Notes: generated by a model not told the origin, from the sequence alone. DNA of 64,000 nt from Clostridiales bacterium (GCA_015055665.1 SVHX01000004.1:28021-92020); one strand, 5' to 3'; positions 1 to 10,731 are shown, numbered from the stretch's first letter. Numbers and translations: made by a program.

Positions 1-466
1 TAACTTGATTCTCTTCCTTCTCGATATACTCTCTGATTTCTTTGCCAAACAAACTCTTACGAACAACCTCTAGAGGCAACTTCTGAGCTAGCTCAGTTGC
101 GGAAAGCTTTAACTTTTTGTGATTAGGCAATTTGTCTGTCTTTACGCAGAAATATATTAAGTCGCTCAATCTATTAAGTCCAGAACATTTGTAATCGCGG
201 TTATAATATCTTATCTCGTAGAACGGCTCAATAATATCCTTGGAATCAAGCTCAATTCCGCACTCGTTATAGATCATAGACTTTAAACTCTCGATTATAT
301 CTTCGTTATCACCAACATAACCACCAAGTAGCTGAAAACCCTCTTCGTTAAAGCCTACTATCATATTATTTTTGCTAGATACTATGAAAGCTCTTACCCT
401 AGTAACAACCTCATCAATCTCGTCATCTCTTAGATCATCATCATTATACTTAACAATCTCAATCAT
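1..466 (-). CDS. NUDIX-fold protein with a degenerate Nudix box. Partial: the 3' end runs off the window.
   Basis: Hand translation from ATG 466..464, with AGGAGAAAATT upstream, gives MIEIVKYNDDDLRDDEIDEVV...GGYVGDNEDIIESLKSMIYNECGIELD. This keeps the GX5EX7REUXEEXGU spacing, but RE is SM and EE is NE. The frame stays open to position 1. It is absent from the ORF track because no stop lies in the window. Confidence 0.4.
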   Translation of the reverse strand, partial: MIEIVKYNDDDLRDDEIDEVVTRVRAFIVSSKNNMIVGFNEEGFQLLGGYVGDNEDIIESLKSMIYNECGIELDSKDIIEPFYEIRYYNRDYKCSGLNRLSDLIYFCVKTDKLPNHKKLKLSATELAQKLPLEVVRKSLFGKEIREYIEKEENQV

Positions 467-487
467 AATTTTCTCCTAAAACAATTA

Positions 488-1462
488 TTATAGCTTTGGC
501 AAAGCGTGTAGAGTTCTTAAGTCGTTAACCATATCAACTCTAAATTCTTGCAATACATGCTCTACTTCAATCAGAGGGGTTGAGAATATCTTGTCATTTT
601 TGATACCCAGAGCAAGATTAGTCATGTCCTGCATTAGTAGTTGAACTGCAAGGACACCCCATCTAACGCCCAACATCCTATCATAATAAGTAGGCTCACC
701 ACCACGTTGTACATAACCAAGCTCAATTCCTCTAGTTGTAATTTGGAGCTGAGATTGTATCTCGTACACAACCTCTTCCATATCAAGCTTAGAGCCTTCG
801 CTCATCACAACAACTGGAGAAGTTACACCATGCGACATAGAGTTCTTAATATCTTCAATTATCTGAGGTATTGAATACTCAACCTCATTAACTGCTAACG
901 AATCAGCCTCAACTGCAACAGCAGTATGCAGAGCAATATCTCCACAATGCCTGCCCATGCATTTGAATACCACTGCTCTATCGTTAGCATACATTGTCTG
1001 CTTGATATCGGTTACTGCATTAACCGCTTGCTGAACAGCAGTATCAAACCCTAAAGACCTTTCTGTGTAGAATAGGTCATTATCGATTGTTCCAGGTATT
1101 CCAATTACATGAACTCCTGCATTAACAAGATCTCTCGCTCCACGGAACGACCCGTTACCGCCAATAACAATTAATCCCTCAATACCATTGTTTTTTAGAT
1201 TCTCAAGAGCCTTATTAAAGCCTTTTTCGGTCATAAATTCTGGACTACGGCTAGTCTTAATAATAGCACCAGCTACAGTTTCGATATTAGCAACGTCAAG
1301 TTTTCTAAGAGGTCTTAGGTCATTATCAATCAATCCTTGATAACCTCTATTAATCCCCAACAACTCAATTTTGTTAGAGTGACAAGTGTCAGCAATAGCC
1401 TTAATGCAAGCGTTCATTGCTTGACAATCGCCACCACTACACAATACAGCAATTTTTCTCAT
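488..1462 (-). CDS. pfkA: ATP-dependent 6-phosphofructokinase
   Basis: I moved the start to ATG 1462 (AAGGA RBS); the track ORF begins 20 codons upstream. Motifs: MRKIAVLCSGGDCQAMNA, IGGNGS, PGTIDND, MGRHCGD. Confidence 0.9.
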   Translation of the reverse strand: MRKIAVLCSGGDCQAMNACIKAIADTCHSNKIELLGINRGYQGLIDNDLRPLRKLDVANIETVAGAIIKTSRSPEFMTEKGFNKALENLKNNGIEGLIVIGGNGSFRGARDLVNAGVHVIGIPGTIDNDLFYTERSLGFDTAVQQAVNAVTDIKQTMYANDRAVVFKCMGRHCGDIALHTAVAVEADSLAVNEVEYSIPQIIEDIKNSMSHGVTSPVVVMSEGSKLDMEEVVYEIQSQLQITTRGIELGYVQRGGEPTYYDRMLGVRWGVLAVQLLMQDMTNLALGIKNDKIFSTPLIEVEHVLQEFRVDMVNDLRTLHALPKL

Positions 1463-1562
1463 AGTTAATCCTTTTATTAATATTTCTTTAATTAATTTAA
1501 CACAAAATAACAATTTAACCAAACATTTTGCTAATTGTTTTGGATATTAAACACAGGATACA

Positions 1563-4500
1563 TCAAAGAACTTTGATATAATCATCCTCAATATATGCGT
1601 GTAGCTCATTAATTAGGAACCCTCTAGGGTTGACTGTAATACCTAGCTGGAAAGGCTTTTTCTGCACGCTACACTTAACTATTACAGGACTCTCTCCCGG
1701 ATACGCCTTAAGCAACTCCAATATATCTTTGGACAACTCTTTGTCTGTCAAATCATACATTAGGTACAATTTAGGCACAACTTTCTTCTCTGGAGCTTTG
1801 TTATCTGTAATAGTCTTCTTGTCTTCCATTTTAACAATGTTTTCTACCCTTACACACACGCCACGATCATTAATGCTAAGCTTACCTTTGATCCTAACAA
1901 TATTATCTACTAGTAATATATCTTTGTTCATTGCAAAAGTTTTCGAGAATAACATAGCATCAAAAGATCCATAGAGATCTTCAATCTTGACAATCGCCAT
2001 TTCGCTACCATCTCGGCGAGAATAAACCTTCTTCATCTCGGTAATTACTCCGCCACAAATAACATCCATGTTATCAGTTAGCCCTTCATACTTATTCTCG
2101 ACCTCTTCTTCCTCTTGCATACCATCCGACTCTCCCACTTGCAACATACCACCGTTAAAGTTAAAAGCCTTCATTTCGTCAATATAATTAGCAAGCGGAT
2201 GACCACTAACATAAATACCTGCAACTTCCTTCTCAAGTTTTAGCTTGGTCTGGTCGTCATATTCGGCTATATCTGGCATTGTAACAATATTAGTCTTGTC
2301 ATCTTTAAGGATATCACCAAAAAGACTGAATTGTCCACTAGCAGTATTCTTCCTATCTGATACAACCTTCTCAATTATCTGAGGATAAACCCTCATCATC
2401 TGACTACGCTTAGCCCCAAAGCAATCAAACGCACCCGACAATATCAAACTCTCTACACAACGCTTATTAAGTAGTGATGTGTCTAATCTATTGATAAAGT
2501 CATTAAGATCCTTGTAATCACCATTAGCCTTCTTCTCTGCCATTATCTGCTCAACAACGTTGACACCGACGTTCTTTAGTGCAGCTATACCAAATCTTAT
2601 CTTGCCGTCTTTAACTGTAAAGAAAGTATCTGACTTATTAATATCTGGAGGGAGAACTTCAATCTTCTCTTCCTTGGCATAAGTTATGTAGTTCTTAATT
2701 TCGTCAGCATTAGTAATACGGTTATTAATAACCGCAGTCAAGAACTCTGGCTCATAGTGACACTTCAAGTATGCCGTCTGATATGTAACCAGACTATATG
2801 CAGCAGCATGGGATTTGTTAAAGGCGTATTTAGCAAAGTCTTCCATCTCTGCCCATATAGCAGAGGCAACATCCTCAGGAACACCCCTTGTACAAGCTCC
2901 GTCAATAGCAGTATTAACCTTGCCATCCTTATCGGTAAACTCATCTCTACCATGAAGGAAAATAACCTTCTCCTTCTGCATCTTGTCAACTTGTTTCTTA
3001 CCCATCATACGTCTAACCATATCGGCTTGACCTAGAGTATAGCCAGCCATATCCTGAACTATCCTCATAACTTGTTCTTGATAAACTATACAGCCATAAG
3101 TTGGCTTAAGTATTGGCTCAAGAATAGGATGTGCATACGTTACATCTTCTGGGTGATGCTTGTTATGGACAAACCTTGGTATTGCGTTCATAGGGCCCGG
3201 TCTATACATGGAAACCGCAGCGACAATATCTTCGATACAAGTTGGTCTTAGCTCCTTCATGAAGTTCTGAAATCCACCACTTTCTATCTGGAAGATAGCC
3301 TTGGTATTACCAGAAGAGATTAATTTGTATACTTCCGGATCATCATAAGTATCGTGCTGGAAGTCAATCTCCACGCCATGATTTTCTTTGATATATTGTA
3401 GAGCCATACGAATATCGGATAAGTTTCTTAGTCCCAAGAAGTCCATCTTAAGATGTCCTAAGTGTTCCATCTCTACACCGACATACTGCGTGGTAATATC
3501 ATCACCATTACGAGATTGCGGAATAAACTTCTGAAGACTATCTTTACCAATAATAACACCGCACGCATGAGTACTTGTCTGACGAGGTGCGTCCTCAAGC
3601 TTCATTGCAATGTCAACAACCTTCTTAACATCAGGATTCTCGTTATACATTGCTACAAGCTCAGGTACGCTATAGTCTACACCATAATCCTTAGCACCCT
3701 CTTTAGGATGATAGAATCCAAACGACTTCATAATAATATTAGGTCGCTTAATCTCTATCTCCTTGCCATCCTTAGTAATTTTGGTAGGCATTGCCTTGGT
3801 TACTGCATCAAGCTCGCTATAAGGCACTTTCATGGCACGTCCTACGTCTTTTATGGCATTTTTGGCAGCCATTGTGCCAAAAGTTATAATCTTGGCAACC
3901 CTATCCTCTCCGTACTTTCTTCTTACATACTGTATAACCTCTTGTCTTCTACAGTCCTCAAAGTCTATATCAAAGTCGGGAGCGGATACTCTTTCGGTAT
4001 GCAAGAATCTCTCAAAGATTAAGTCATACTTAAGTGGGTCAATATTAGTAATACCTATAAGATACGCAACTATTGAACCGGCACCACTTCCACGTCCAGG
4101 ACCAACAGATATACCCATATTACGAGCAGCATTGATATAATCCCATACTATCAGGAAGTACTCTACAAATCCTTGCTTAACTATAACGCCAAGTTCTCTC
4201 TCTATCCTTTCGGTAATTACATCTGTATACTCACCGTACTTTTTCTTAACACCTTCATCAATAAGTTTTCGCAAATACACGATTGGCTCTTCGCCGGTCA
4301 CTGGTTCATATTTAGGGAATAGATAATGTCCATAAGTAAATCTATAATTACACTTGTCTGCTATCTCTAATGTATTAGCTATAGCCTCAGGATGATCAGG
4401 GAATAATGCCGCCATCTCATCACCAGTTCTAAGATAGAACTCATCACATGGCAGTTTAAGCCTATCTGGATCATCAACTGTTTTGCCCATCTGCACACAC

Positions 4501-5153
4501 ATCAATACATCCTGCATCTCTGCATCATCTTGATTGATATAATGCACGTCATTAGTTGCTACCAGCTTAACATCAAATTTTTTAGCGTACTCATACAACT
4601 TCTCGTTAACATCCAATTGCTCTGGCAGATGATGATTCTGAATCTCTAGATAGAAGTCATCTCCAAATAGATCTTTAAACCACTTAACCAGCCTTTCTGC
4701 CTCGTCATAATTACGACTAAGTATTGCCTGAGGAATATCTCCAGCAAGACAAGCAGATAGACACACAACGCCTTCATGATATTGCTCTAATGTCTTATAA
4801 TCAATACGCGGTTTGTAATAAAACCCATCACGAAATGCTATGGTATTGAGCATACAAATATTGTTGTATCCAACTTCATCTTTTGCAAGCAACACAAGGT
4901 GGGCGTATTTGCTCTTGCCACTCTTTACATTAAGGTCGTTTGCAACATAGAACTCACATCCAAAGATTGCCTTAATATCATTATCTCTGCACGCATCATA
5001 GAACTTAACCGCACCATACATATTACCATGATCAGTAATCGCAACAGCGGGCATGCCTAGCTCTTTACATCTCTTGGTTAAGGTATCAATCCTAGCAATA
5101 CCATCCAGCAAACTATATTCTGTATGCACATGCAAATGCACGAAATCTGTCAT
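1563..5153 (-). CDS. dnaE: DNA polymerase III alpha subunit (DnaE type)
   Basis: 1196 aa. N-terminal PHP domain FVHLHVHTEYSLLDG...AITDHGNMYG. Conserved polymerase core (GPGRGSGAGS, FDIDF) and a C-terminal OB-like region. GGAGAAAATTT RBS. Confidence 0.95.
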   Translation of the reverse strand: MTDFVHLHVHTEYSLLDGIARIDTLTKRCKELGMPAVAITDHGNMYGAVKFYDACRDNDIKAIFGCEFYVANDLNVKSGKSKYAHLVLLAKDEVGYNNICMLNTIAFRDGFYYKPRIDYKTLEQYHEGVVCLSACLAGDIPQAILSRNYDEAERLVKWFKDLFGDDFYLEIQNHHLPEQLDVNEKLYEYAKKFDVKLVATNDVHYINQDDAEMQDVLMCVQMGKTVDDPDRLKLPCDEFYLRTGDEMAALFPDHPEAIANTLEIADKCNYRFTYGHYLFPKYEPVTGEEPIVYLRKLIDEGVKKKYGEYTDVITERIERELGVIVKQGFVEYFLIVWDYINAARNMGISVGPGRGSGAGSIVAYLIGITNIDPLKYDLIFERFLHTERVSAPDFDIDFEDCRRQEVIQYVRRKYGEDRVAKIITFGTMAAKNAIKDVGRAMKVPYSELDAVTKAMPTKITKDGKEIEIKRPNIIMKSFGFYHPKEGAKDYGVDYSVPELVAMYNENPDVKKVVDIAMKLEDAPRQTSTHACGVIIGKDSLQKFIPQSRNGDDITTQYVGVEMEHLGHLKMDFLGLRNLSDIRMALQYIKENHGVEIDFQHDTYDDPEVYKLISSGNTKAIFQIESGGFQNFMKELRPTCIEDIVAAVSMYRPGPMNAIPRFVHNKHHPEDVTYAHPILEPILKPTYGCIVYQEQVMRIVQDMAGYTLGQADMVRRMMGKKQVDKMQKEKVIFLHGRDEFTDKDGKVNTAIDGACTRGVPEDVASAIWAEMEDFAKYAFNKSHAAAYSLVTYQTAYLKCHYEPEFLTAVINNRITNADEIKNYITYAKEEKIEVLPPDINKSDTFFTVKDGKIRFGIAALKNVGVNVVEQIMAEKKANGDYKDLNDFINRLDTSLLNKRCVESLILSGAFDCFGAKRSQMMRVYPQIIEKVVSDRKNTASGQFSLFGDILKDDKTNIVTMPDIAEYDDQTKLKLEKEVAGIYVSGHPLANYIDEMKAFNFNGGMLQVGESDGMQEEEEVENKYEGLTDNMDVICGGVITEMKKVYSRRDGSEMAIVKIEDLYGSFDAMLFSKTFAMNKDILLVDNIVRIKGKLSINDRGVCVRVENIVKMEDKKTITDNKAPEKKVVPKLYLMYDLTDKELSKDILELLKAYPGESPVIVKCSVQKKPFQLGITVNPRGFLINELHAYIEDDYIKVL

Positions 5154-5163
5154 AAATTTTCTC

Positions 5164-6159
5164 CTATAAAGTAGTTATTCTTAGCTTGTCCCTCTCAATC
5201 TTGTCTGCCATCTCAAGCATTTTGGCAAACCTATGATTAATCCCGCTCTTTGTCAATTTCTGATCACTTAAGCTTCGTAGTTCTTCTAGCGACGCCTCCG
5301 GATTAGCAAGTCTAAGCAACGCCAATTCCATAAGTCCCTCACTCAAGCTCTCAAGACCTACGTTATCTTGTATAATTTTAATCGCGTTTAATTGTTTAAC
5401 AGATGCCCCAATAGTTTTGTTTAGATTAGCGTTAAGGCAATTGTTCTGCCTATTAACATTATTCCTTACTTCTCTTATTGCTGCCTCATTTTGCAAGTTC
5501 AACACCGCCTTGTTTGCCCCCACAAGTGCAAGAGTATCACAAATCAACTGATATTCCTTAATATACACAATTGGTAGATTTTTTCGAATTGTAATTTTCG
5601 CATTTATCCCAAAATTTTCTAATAACTTAACAAAGTCTTCCGCAATCTTATCAAAGCTGAATACAAACTCCAAGTGATACCCCGAATTACTCTTGCCATT
5701 ATCGTAGTTCTTGATAATTATATTGCTTGTAGCACAACCTACAAAAGCTCCCATTATATAACTACGCTTACAGCAATCGTCCATAATAACAAAGTCTGCA
5801 ATACCATTTTCAAGCTCTAATAGACCTTCGCTATCCAGCTTCATAATACCAAGATCCTTAAGTAATTGTGTAGTTATCTCATAAGGCAATGATATCTTAT
5901 ATCTACTAGTTTTAGAAATATTAGTTTCTTCCATTATAGACATCTCGCACTCTTTGCCATAATACTGCTCAATTACCTGCTTAATCGTCGAATAAAGTTC
6001 CTCTATTTCGGTATACACAGCAACAGATATCTTCTTGCCCGAAGATATCCCCAACTCGCCCGAACACTTGATAACCGCACTAAGAAAAGCAATTGCACAA
6101 CAATCACTCTCAATCTTATTCTTAAGAACTTCCAACTTTGCATCAGTTGCAAAAGACAT
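5164..6159 (-). CDS. whiA: Sporulation/cell-division regulator WhiA
   Basis: 331 aa. N-terminus MSFATDAKLEVL is typical of WhiA. LAGLIDADG-like central region and a C-terminal HTH (LTKSGINHRFAKM). AAGGAG RBS. Confidence 0.85.
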   Translation of the reverse strand: MSFATDAKLEVLKNKIESDCCAIAFLSAVIKCSGELGISSGKKISVAVYTEIEELYSTIKQVIEQYYGKECEMSIMEETNISKTSRYKISLPYEITTQLLKDLGIMKLDSEGLLELENGIADFVIMDDCCKRSYIMGAFVGCATSNIIIKNYDNGKSNSGYHLEFVFSFDKIAEDFVKLLENFGINAKITIRKNLPIVYIKEYQLICDTLALVGANKAVLNLQNEAAIREVRNNVNRQNNCLNANLNKTIGASVKQLNAIKIIQDNVGLESLSEGLMELALLRLANPEASLEELRSLSDQKLTKSGINHRFAKMLEMADKIERDKLRITTL

Positions 6160-6169
6160 ATCTATCTCC

Positions 6170-6901
6170 TTATTTAAACTTAGGTGTTTTATCTATATTA
6201 GCCACTTGATTAAGCGGTATTTTGTATTTTTCAATCAAATTAAACGCGCGGTGATTCTTACCCACCGCCAATTTACTATGAGCATCCGAATCGATTATAA
6301 ACTTAACACCAGTATCCACCATAGCAGATATTTCTTCTTTGCTAAAGTTTATCCTCTTGCCATTAAGCTCAATATAAATTCCTCTCTTAACACACTCCTC
6401 AGCCAATCTTACACAATCCACCTTGCACCCAGCATATCCAAGATGTGCAAGAATACTCACTCTATGCTTGTCCATAGCCTTAATGTACGCCTCAGTGTTA
6501 CGCCTAATTCTGGCTTTGCTAGGCTTAAAATTCAACAAATTAGGCAGAACAAATTTAAAAAACTGCCTAAAACTAACCTTAGTAAACTTATGAAACCCTA
6601 GTATTACAAGATCAAGACATTTAAGCTCTTCATCAGTTATATCAATATCGCCCTCGGTTGATACTAAGTTAGCCTCTATACCACAAAGAATTTTAATATC
6701 ATACTTATCCTTAATACCGCTTATGTCGGCCTTGATTTTATCAAGGTCGCCACGTTTAATATGATTAAAACCTTTATATGAGTGCTCTGTTATAGCAATC
6801 TCCTTTAGTCCTAAATTCGCTGCCTGCATAACATTTTCTTCTACTGTACTTTTGCCGTGTGTATATGTTGTATGTGTATGATAATCACCAAGTAATTTCA
6901 T
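6170..6901 (-). CDS. PHP-domain phosphoesterase (histidinol-phosphatase family)
   Basis: PHP metal-binding pattern: GDYHTHTTYTHG, IAITEH, ILAHLG, IIDSDAH. Start ATG 6901 with AGGAGAA RBS; the track start is the adjacent TTG. Overlaps the murB 3' end by 17 nt. Confidence 0.7.
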   Translation of the reverse strand: MKLLGDYHTHTTYTHGKSTVEENVMQAANLGLKEIAITEHSYKGFNHIKRGDLDKIKADISGIKDKYDIKILCGIEANLVSTEGDIDITDEELKCLDLVILGFHKFTKVSFRQFFKFVLPNLLNFKPSKARIRRNTEAYIKAMDKHRVSILAHLGYAGCKVDCVRLAEECVKRGIYIELNGKRINFSKEEISAMVDTGVKFIIDSDAHSKLAVGKNHRAFNLIEKYKIPLNQVANIDKTPKFK

Positions 6902-7817
6902 CAAATTCTCCTAATTTAACAATCTCTGTTTTTAGATCAATATTTGTCTTAGTCAACACCCTATGTCGCATGACTTCTATTAATTCCAATATATCTTGCG
7001 AGGTAGCTCCACCTGCGTTGATTACGAAGTTTGCGTGCTTTTTACTAACTTCCGCACCACCAAATTTAGTCCCCTTCAAGCCGCACTCATCAAGCAATCG
7101 ACTTACAACCACACCCTCTTGCCTACGGAATACACATCCCGCACTAGGTTTATCTAATGGTTGCGATTGCAACCTTTGGCTCAAAACTTCCTTAAATCTG
7201 CTATCAATTATATCTCGGCTGGATTTCTTTAGATTTAATCCCACTCGCAGAATAATAGAGTCGTTATGTTGAAACCAACTTTCTCTATACCCAAACTCGC
7301 ACTCTTCCTTCTTAAAATAAGTAATCTTGCCATCTACGTACGCCACTACATATTCAACAATGTCAGACATCTGAAAGTTGTACGCCCCCGCGTTCATGTA
7401 GACCGCACCGCCAATGCTAGCAGGAATCCCGGCACCATCTTCCAGTCCGCTAAGCTCTAAGTTACTAGCAAACATATATGCCTGAGACAACCTTACTCCA
7501 GCACCACACTCTATCCTAGACTCGTCTAACGTTTCAATTCTCGCTAGATCCCCCGATAATGTTATTACCACCCCATCATAGCCATTATCACTAACAAGAG
7601 TATTGCTCCCTGCACCCAGAACAAAGTAATCAATCTTATCGGCCCTTATCACTTCCATTATGTGCAAGAAATTTTCGATTGTGCAGACCTCCAGATAAAT
7701 TCTAGCATTACCACCGGTCTTGTATGTAACCTTGCTAGCTAGAGGCTCGTTCTCTAATGACACACCTTTGGTATTGTATTTCTTTAGTTTACGAAAAGTT
7801 TTGCCCAACCTAGACAT
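6885..7817 (-). CDS. murB: UDP-N-acetylenolpyruvoylglucosamine reductase
   Basis: FAD-binding domain motifs KTGGNARIYLEV and VLGAGSNTLV. C-terminal SAGCVFR and KFGGAEVSKKHANFVIN. The start is uncertain: the track uses TTG 7850 with no RBS; ATG 7817 is used here. Confidence 0.87.
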   Translation of the reverse strand: MSRLGKTFRKLKKYNTKGVSLENEPLASKVTYKTGGNARIYLEVCTIENFLHIMEVIRADKIDYFVLGAGSNTLVSDNGYDGVVITLSGDLARIETLDESRIECGAGVRLSQAYMFASNLELSGLEDGAGIPASIGGAVYMNAGAYNFQMSDIVEYVVAYVDGKITYFKKEECEFGYRESWFQHNDSIILRVGLNLKKSSRDIIDSRFKEVLSQRLQSQPLDKPSAGCVFRRQEGVVVSRLLDECGLKGTKFGGAEVSKKHANFVINAGGATSQDILELIEVMRHRVLTKTNIDLKTEIVKLGEFDEITW

Positions 7818-7890
7818 ATTGTACCCCAAATTAAATAAATTTTCAATCAATTAATGACATATATATATTAACTATTTATGTAATATCTAT

Positions 7891-8850
7891 TTAATTGGTG
7901 AAATCCAGTTTGCAATCTCCTTGTATAATGTCCTTATCTTTTAGATACCTCTCGATATCGTTAATAACTAATTTCTTATGTGTTACCCAATCGGGAGCTA
8001 AACACTCTCCTCTTGGCGGGTCTGCAGTTATCCTATGAATTACAATATCCTCATTTAGATTCGAAATTATCCTTGCTACAATGTTTACATAATAATCTTG
8101 ACTAATGCTTACATATTCCCCCTTACTCCAGCTAGATGCAAGACAAGTTCCCTTATGGACATATGTACTATGAATCTTGATACCTTCGCACCCTAGCCTA
8201 TTGATAAGAGCTATTGTTCTACCAATAATATCAATCGACTCATTAGGCAACCCTATCATAACATGAGCAACTACATCAATATGATATTTGTGCAGCATAT
8301 TAACCGCTTGTTCAAAATCTCTTACGGTATATCCAACGTTTAGCTTAGACAAGATATCATTATCAGCAATCTGAAGACCTAATTCAACGCACACATAATA
8401 TTTATCTTGATACGAAGACAACAACTGTGCAACTTCTTCATTAATGCAATCGGGGCGAGTAGCCACCTCTAAGCCAACAAACTTATTGCTGGCAGAAAGT
8501 GCCACATCATACCTTCGCTTAAGTGTTTCCACATCTGCATAAGTGTTACTAAAGCTCTGGAAGTACGCAATATATTTATTAGCCCTTTCTCCCCTATACG
8601 ACTTAAGGAACTCCGTCACCTGATTATCAATAGAACGAAGAACAACGCTATTACATTTATTATCCGAGTGCAATTTGTGTTTGATATTATCTCCCGCACC
8701 ACTCGATCCACAATAGGCACAGCCACCATACCCCAGCCTACCATCCCTATTAGGACAAGTAAAGCCAGCATCAATGCAAACCTTGAGCGTACGCTCGCCA
8801 AACTTATGCTTTAAATATGTATTAAGATGTTTATATCTATATTCTTCCAT
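7891..8850 (-). CDS. Radical SAM protein, TIGR01212-like family
   Basis: The CPNRDGRLGYGGCAYC cluster motif near the N-terminus and the 319-aa length match this family as I recall it. Confidence 0.75.
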   Translation of the reverse strand: MEEYRYKHLNTYLKHKFGERTLKVCIDAGFTCPNRDGRLGYGGCAYCGSSGAGDNIKHKLHSDNKCNSVVLRSIDNQVTEFLKSYRGERANKYIAYFQSFSNTYADVETLKRRYDVALSASNKFVGLEVATRPDCINEEVAQLLSSYQDKYYVCVELGLQIADNDILSKLNVGYTVRDFEQAVNMLHKYHIDVVAHVMIGLPNESIDIIGRTIALINRLGCEGIKIHSTYVHKGTCLASSWSKGEYVSISQDYYVNIVARIISNLNEDIVIHRITADPPRGECLAPDWVTHKKLVINDIERYLKDKDIIQGDCKLDFTN

Positions 8851-8969
8851 AATTTAATTATAACACAAAAGCCACACCAAATCAAAATCAAATAATCTTA
8901 AAACACAATACATAATTTGTAATCATAACTCATATACATTAACATAATCTTATCAAAAAGGAATACATT

Positions 8970-10448
8970 ATGAAATTAAGAAAATTTATGTTACTTCTCA
9001 TATTGCCATTACTCTTGCTCACTGGATGCAAAGGCAATGACCTTGAGAAAATTTCTCGTGATCTAAACACATACTCAATGAATATTACATACAACGACGA
9101 CCACAGCCTTGATGTGACACAAGAAGTGCAGTACACCAATCGCACAGGAGATAGTCTTGAGTCAATCAAATTTCACCTATACCCTCGCAACTTTCGCAAA
9201 GACAGCAAGTGCAGTGTTGTAAGCTCACTTAACTACGACAAGTGTTATTATAACGGTGTAAGCTTTGGCGACCTTGTTGTATCCGAAGTATCTGTAAATG
9301 AAGAGAACACAGAGATTGTTTTAGGTGGCAACGACCAAGACATACTTGAAGTACCAGTAAACAATTTAGGCAACAACCAATCTGTTACTATAGATATAAC
9401 TTATCATGTAGACATACCTAATATTAGTCACAGATTTGGATACGGCGAAGACACAATTAATCTAGGTAACTTCTACCCTATCGCTTGCGTATACGAAGAC
9501 GGAGATTTCAGGATAGATAGCTATCATTATAACGGCGATCCGTTCTATTCGGAAGTCGCCAATTACAATGTATCAATCACTGCACCAAGTAATCTAGTGC
9601 TAGCAAGTTCTGGCAACGTAACATCTACCAATACCAGCGAGGACTCAACAACATACAGTATTAACGCAAGTGCAATAAGAGATTTTGCGTTTGTACTTTC
9701 TGACAAATTCAATGTAGTTTCAGACACTGTAGGCAACACTCGTGTCAGTTACTACTATTATAAGAACCAATACCCTAACGAAAGTTTAAAGGCAAGCATG
9801 GATGCCCTAAGCACATTTAATCGTATATTTGGCGAGTACCCATATGACACACTTAATGTTGTAGAAACAAACTTTGTACATGGTGGCATGGAGTATCCTA
9901 ACATGGTAATGATTAGTGATGATGTGGATGTTCAGAGCGATTATGTTAATGTTATAGTACATGAGATTGCACACCAGTGGTGGTACGGACTTGTAGGTAA
10001 TAACGAATACGACTACGGTTGGCTCGACGAGGGACTTACCGAATATAGTACCCTACTCTTCTACGAAGAGAATCCGAGCTACAACATTAATACATCCGAA
10101 CTTATTAAGAATACAACAAATAGCTTTGTTACATTTGTAGATGTATACACCAAGGTATTTGGCTCGGCAGACACAACAATGAACAGAGCTCTAAATGAAT
10201 ACAATAACGAAAGCGAGTATGTATATATCGCTTACGTCAAAGGCATGCTACTATTTAATTCCATTGATGAGATTCTTGGTCGCGACAAGTTCTTGACTTG
10301 CCTACAACATTACTTTGATACACACAAATTCAAAGTAGCAACACCAAGTTCCATGATCGAATCTTTCGAACAATCTTGCAATTCAGAACTCAATGCCGTA
10401 TTCGAAAGCTGGATTAATGGCAAAGTAAAAATTATTGCGGTAGCATAG
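8970..10448 (+). CDS. M1-like zinc metallopeptidase lipoprotein
   Basis: Signal peptide with lipobox LLLLTGC. HEIAHQWWY...GWLDEGLTEY gives the HExxH-X18-E gluzincin signature. AAAGGAA RBS. Confidence 0.8.
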   Translation: MKLRKFMLLLILPLLLLTGCKGNDLEKISRDLNTYSMNITYNDDHSLDVTQEVQYTNRTGDSLESIKFHLYPRNFRKDSKCSVVSSLNYDKCYYNGVSFGDLVVSEVSVNEENTEIVLGGNDQDILEVPVNNLGNNQSVTIDITYHVDIPNISHRFGYGEDTINLGNFYPIACVYEDGDFRIDSYHYNGDPFYSEVANYNVSITAPSNLVLASSGNVTSTNTSEDSTTYSINASAIRDFAFVLSDKFNVVSDTVGNTRVSYYYYKNQYPNESLKASMDALSTFNRIFGEYPYDTLNVVETNFVHGGMEYPNMVMISDDVDVQSDYVNVIVHEIAHQWWYGLVGNNEYDYGWLDEGLTEYSTLLFYEENPSYNINTSELIKNTTNSFVTFVDVYTKVFGSADTTMNRALNEYNNESEYVYIAYVKGMLLFNSIDEILGRDKFLTCLQHYFDTHKFKVATPSSMIESFEQSCNSELNAVFESWINGKVKIIAVA

Positions 10449-10634
10449 CAATAACCAATATTTACCAATTAAATAGCGAATAATTTTCCCAGTAGTTGTA
10501 CAAGATAATAGTGAGGAAGATAACTACAGCCCTTAATCTATCAACTATATATATTTTGTTAATCGATCTATTTTAAGTTGTTTCATTTTAGGTTATAGAC
10601 TATTTATACTTATCTTTCTCCTAGCGAGATTATA

Positions 10635-10660
10635 GAGTGAGGTTTCCCCTCACTCTTTCT
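10635..10660 (+). terminator. Rho-independent terminator about 190 nt downstream of the peptidase stop codon
   Basis: GAGTGAGG-tttc-CCTCACTC stem followed by a TTTCT run. Confidence 0.5.
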
Positions 10661-10731
10661 CGTTGTTGTTAAGACCACAACTATTTTGTTTTTTTCATAA
10701 AATATATCATCAAAAAGTCGGCATATATCTC

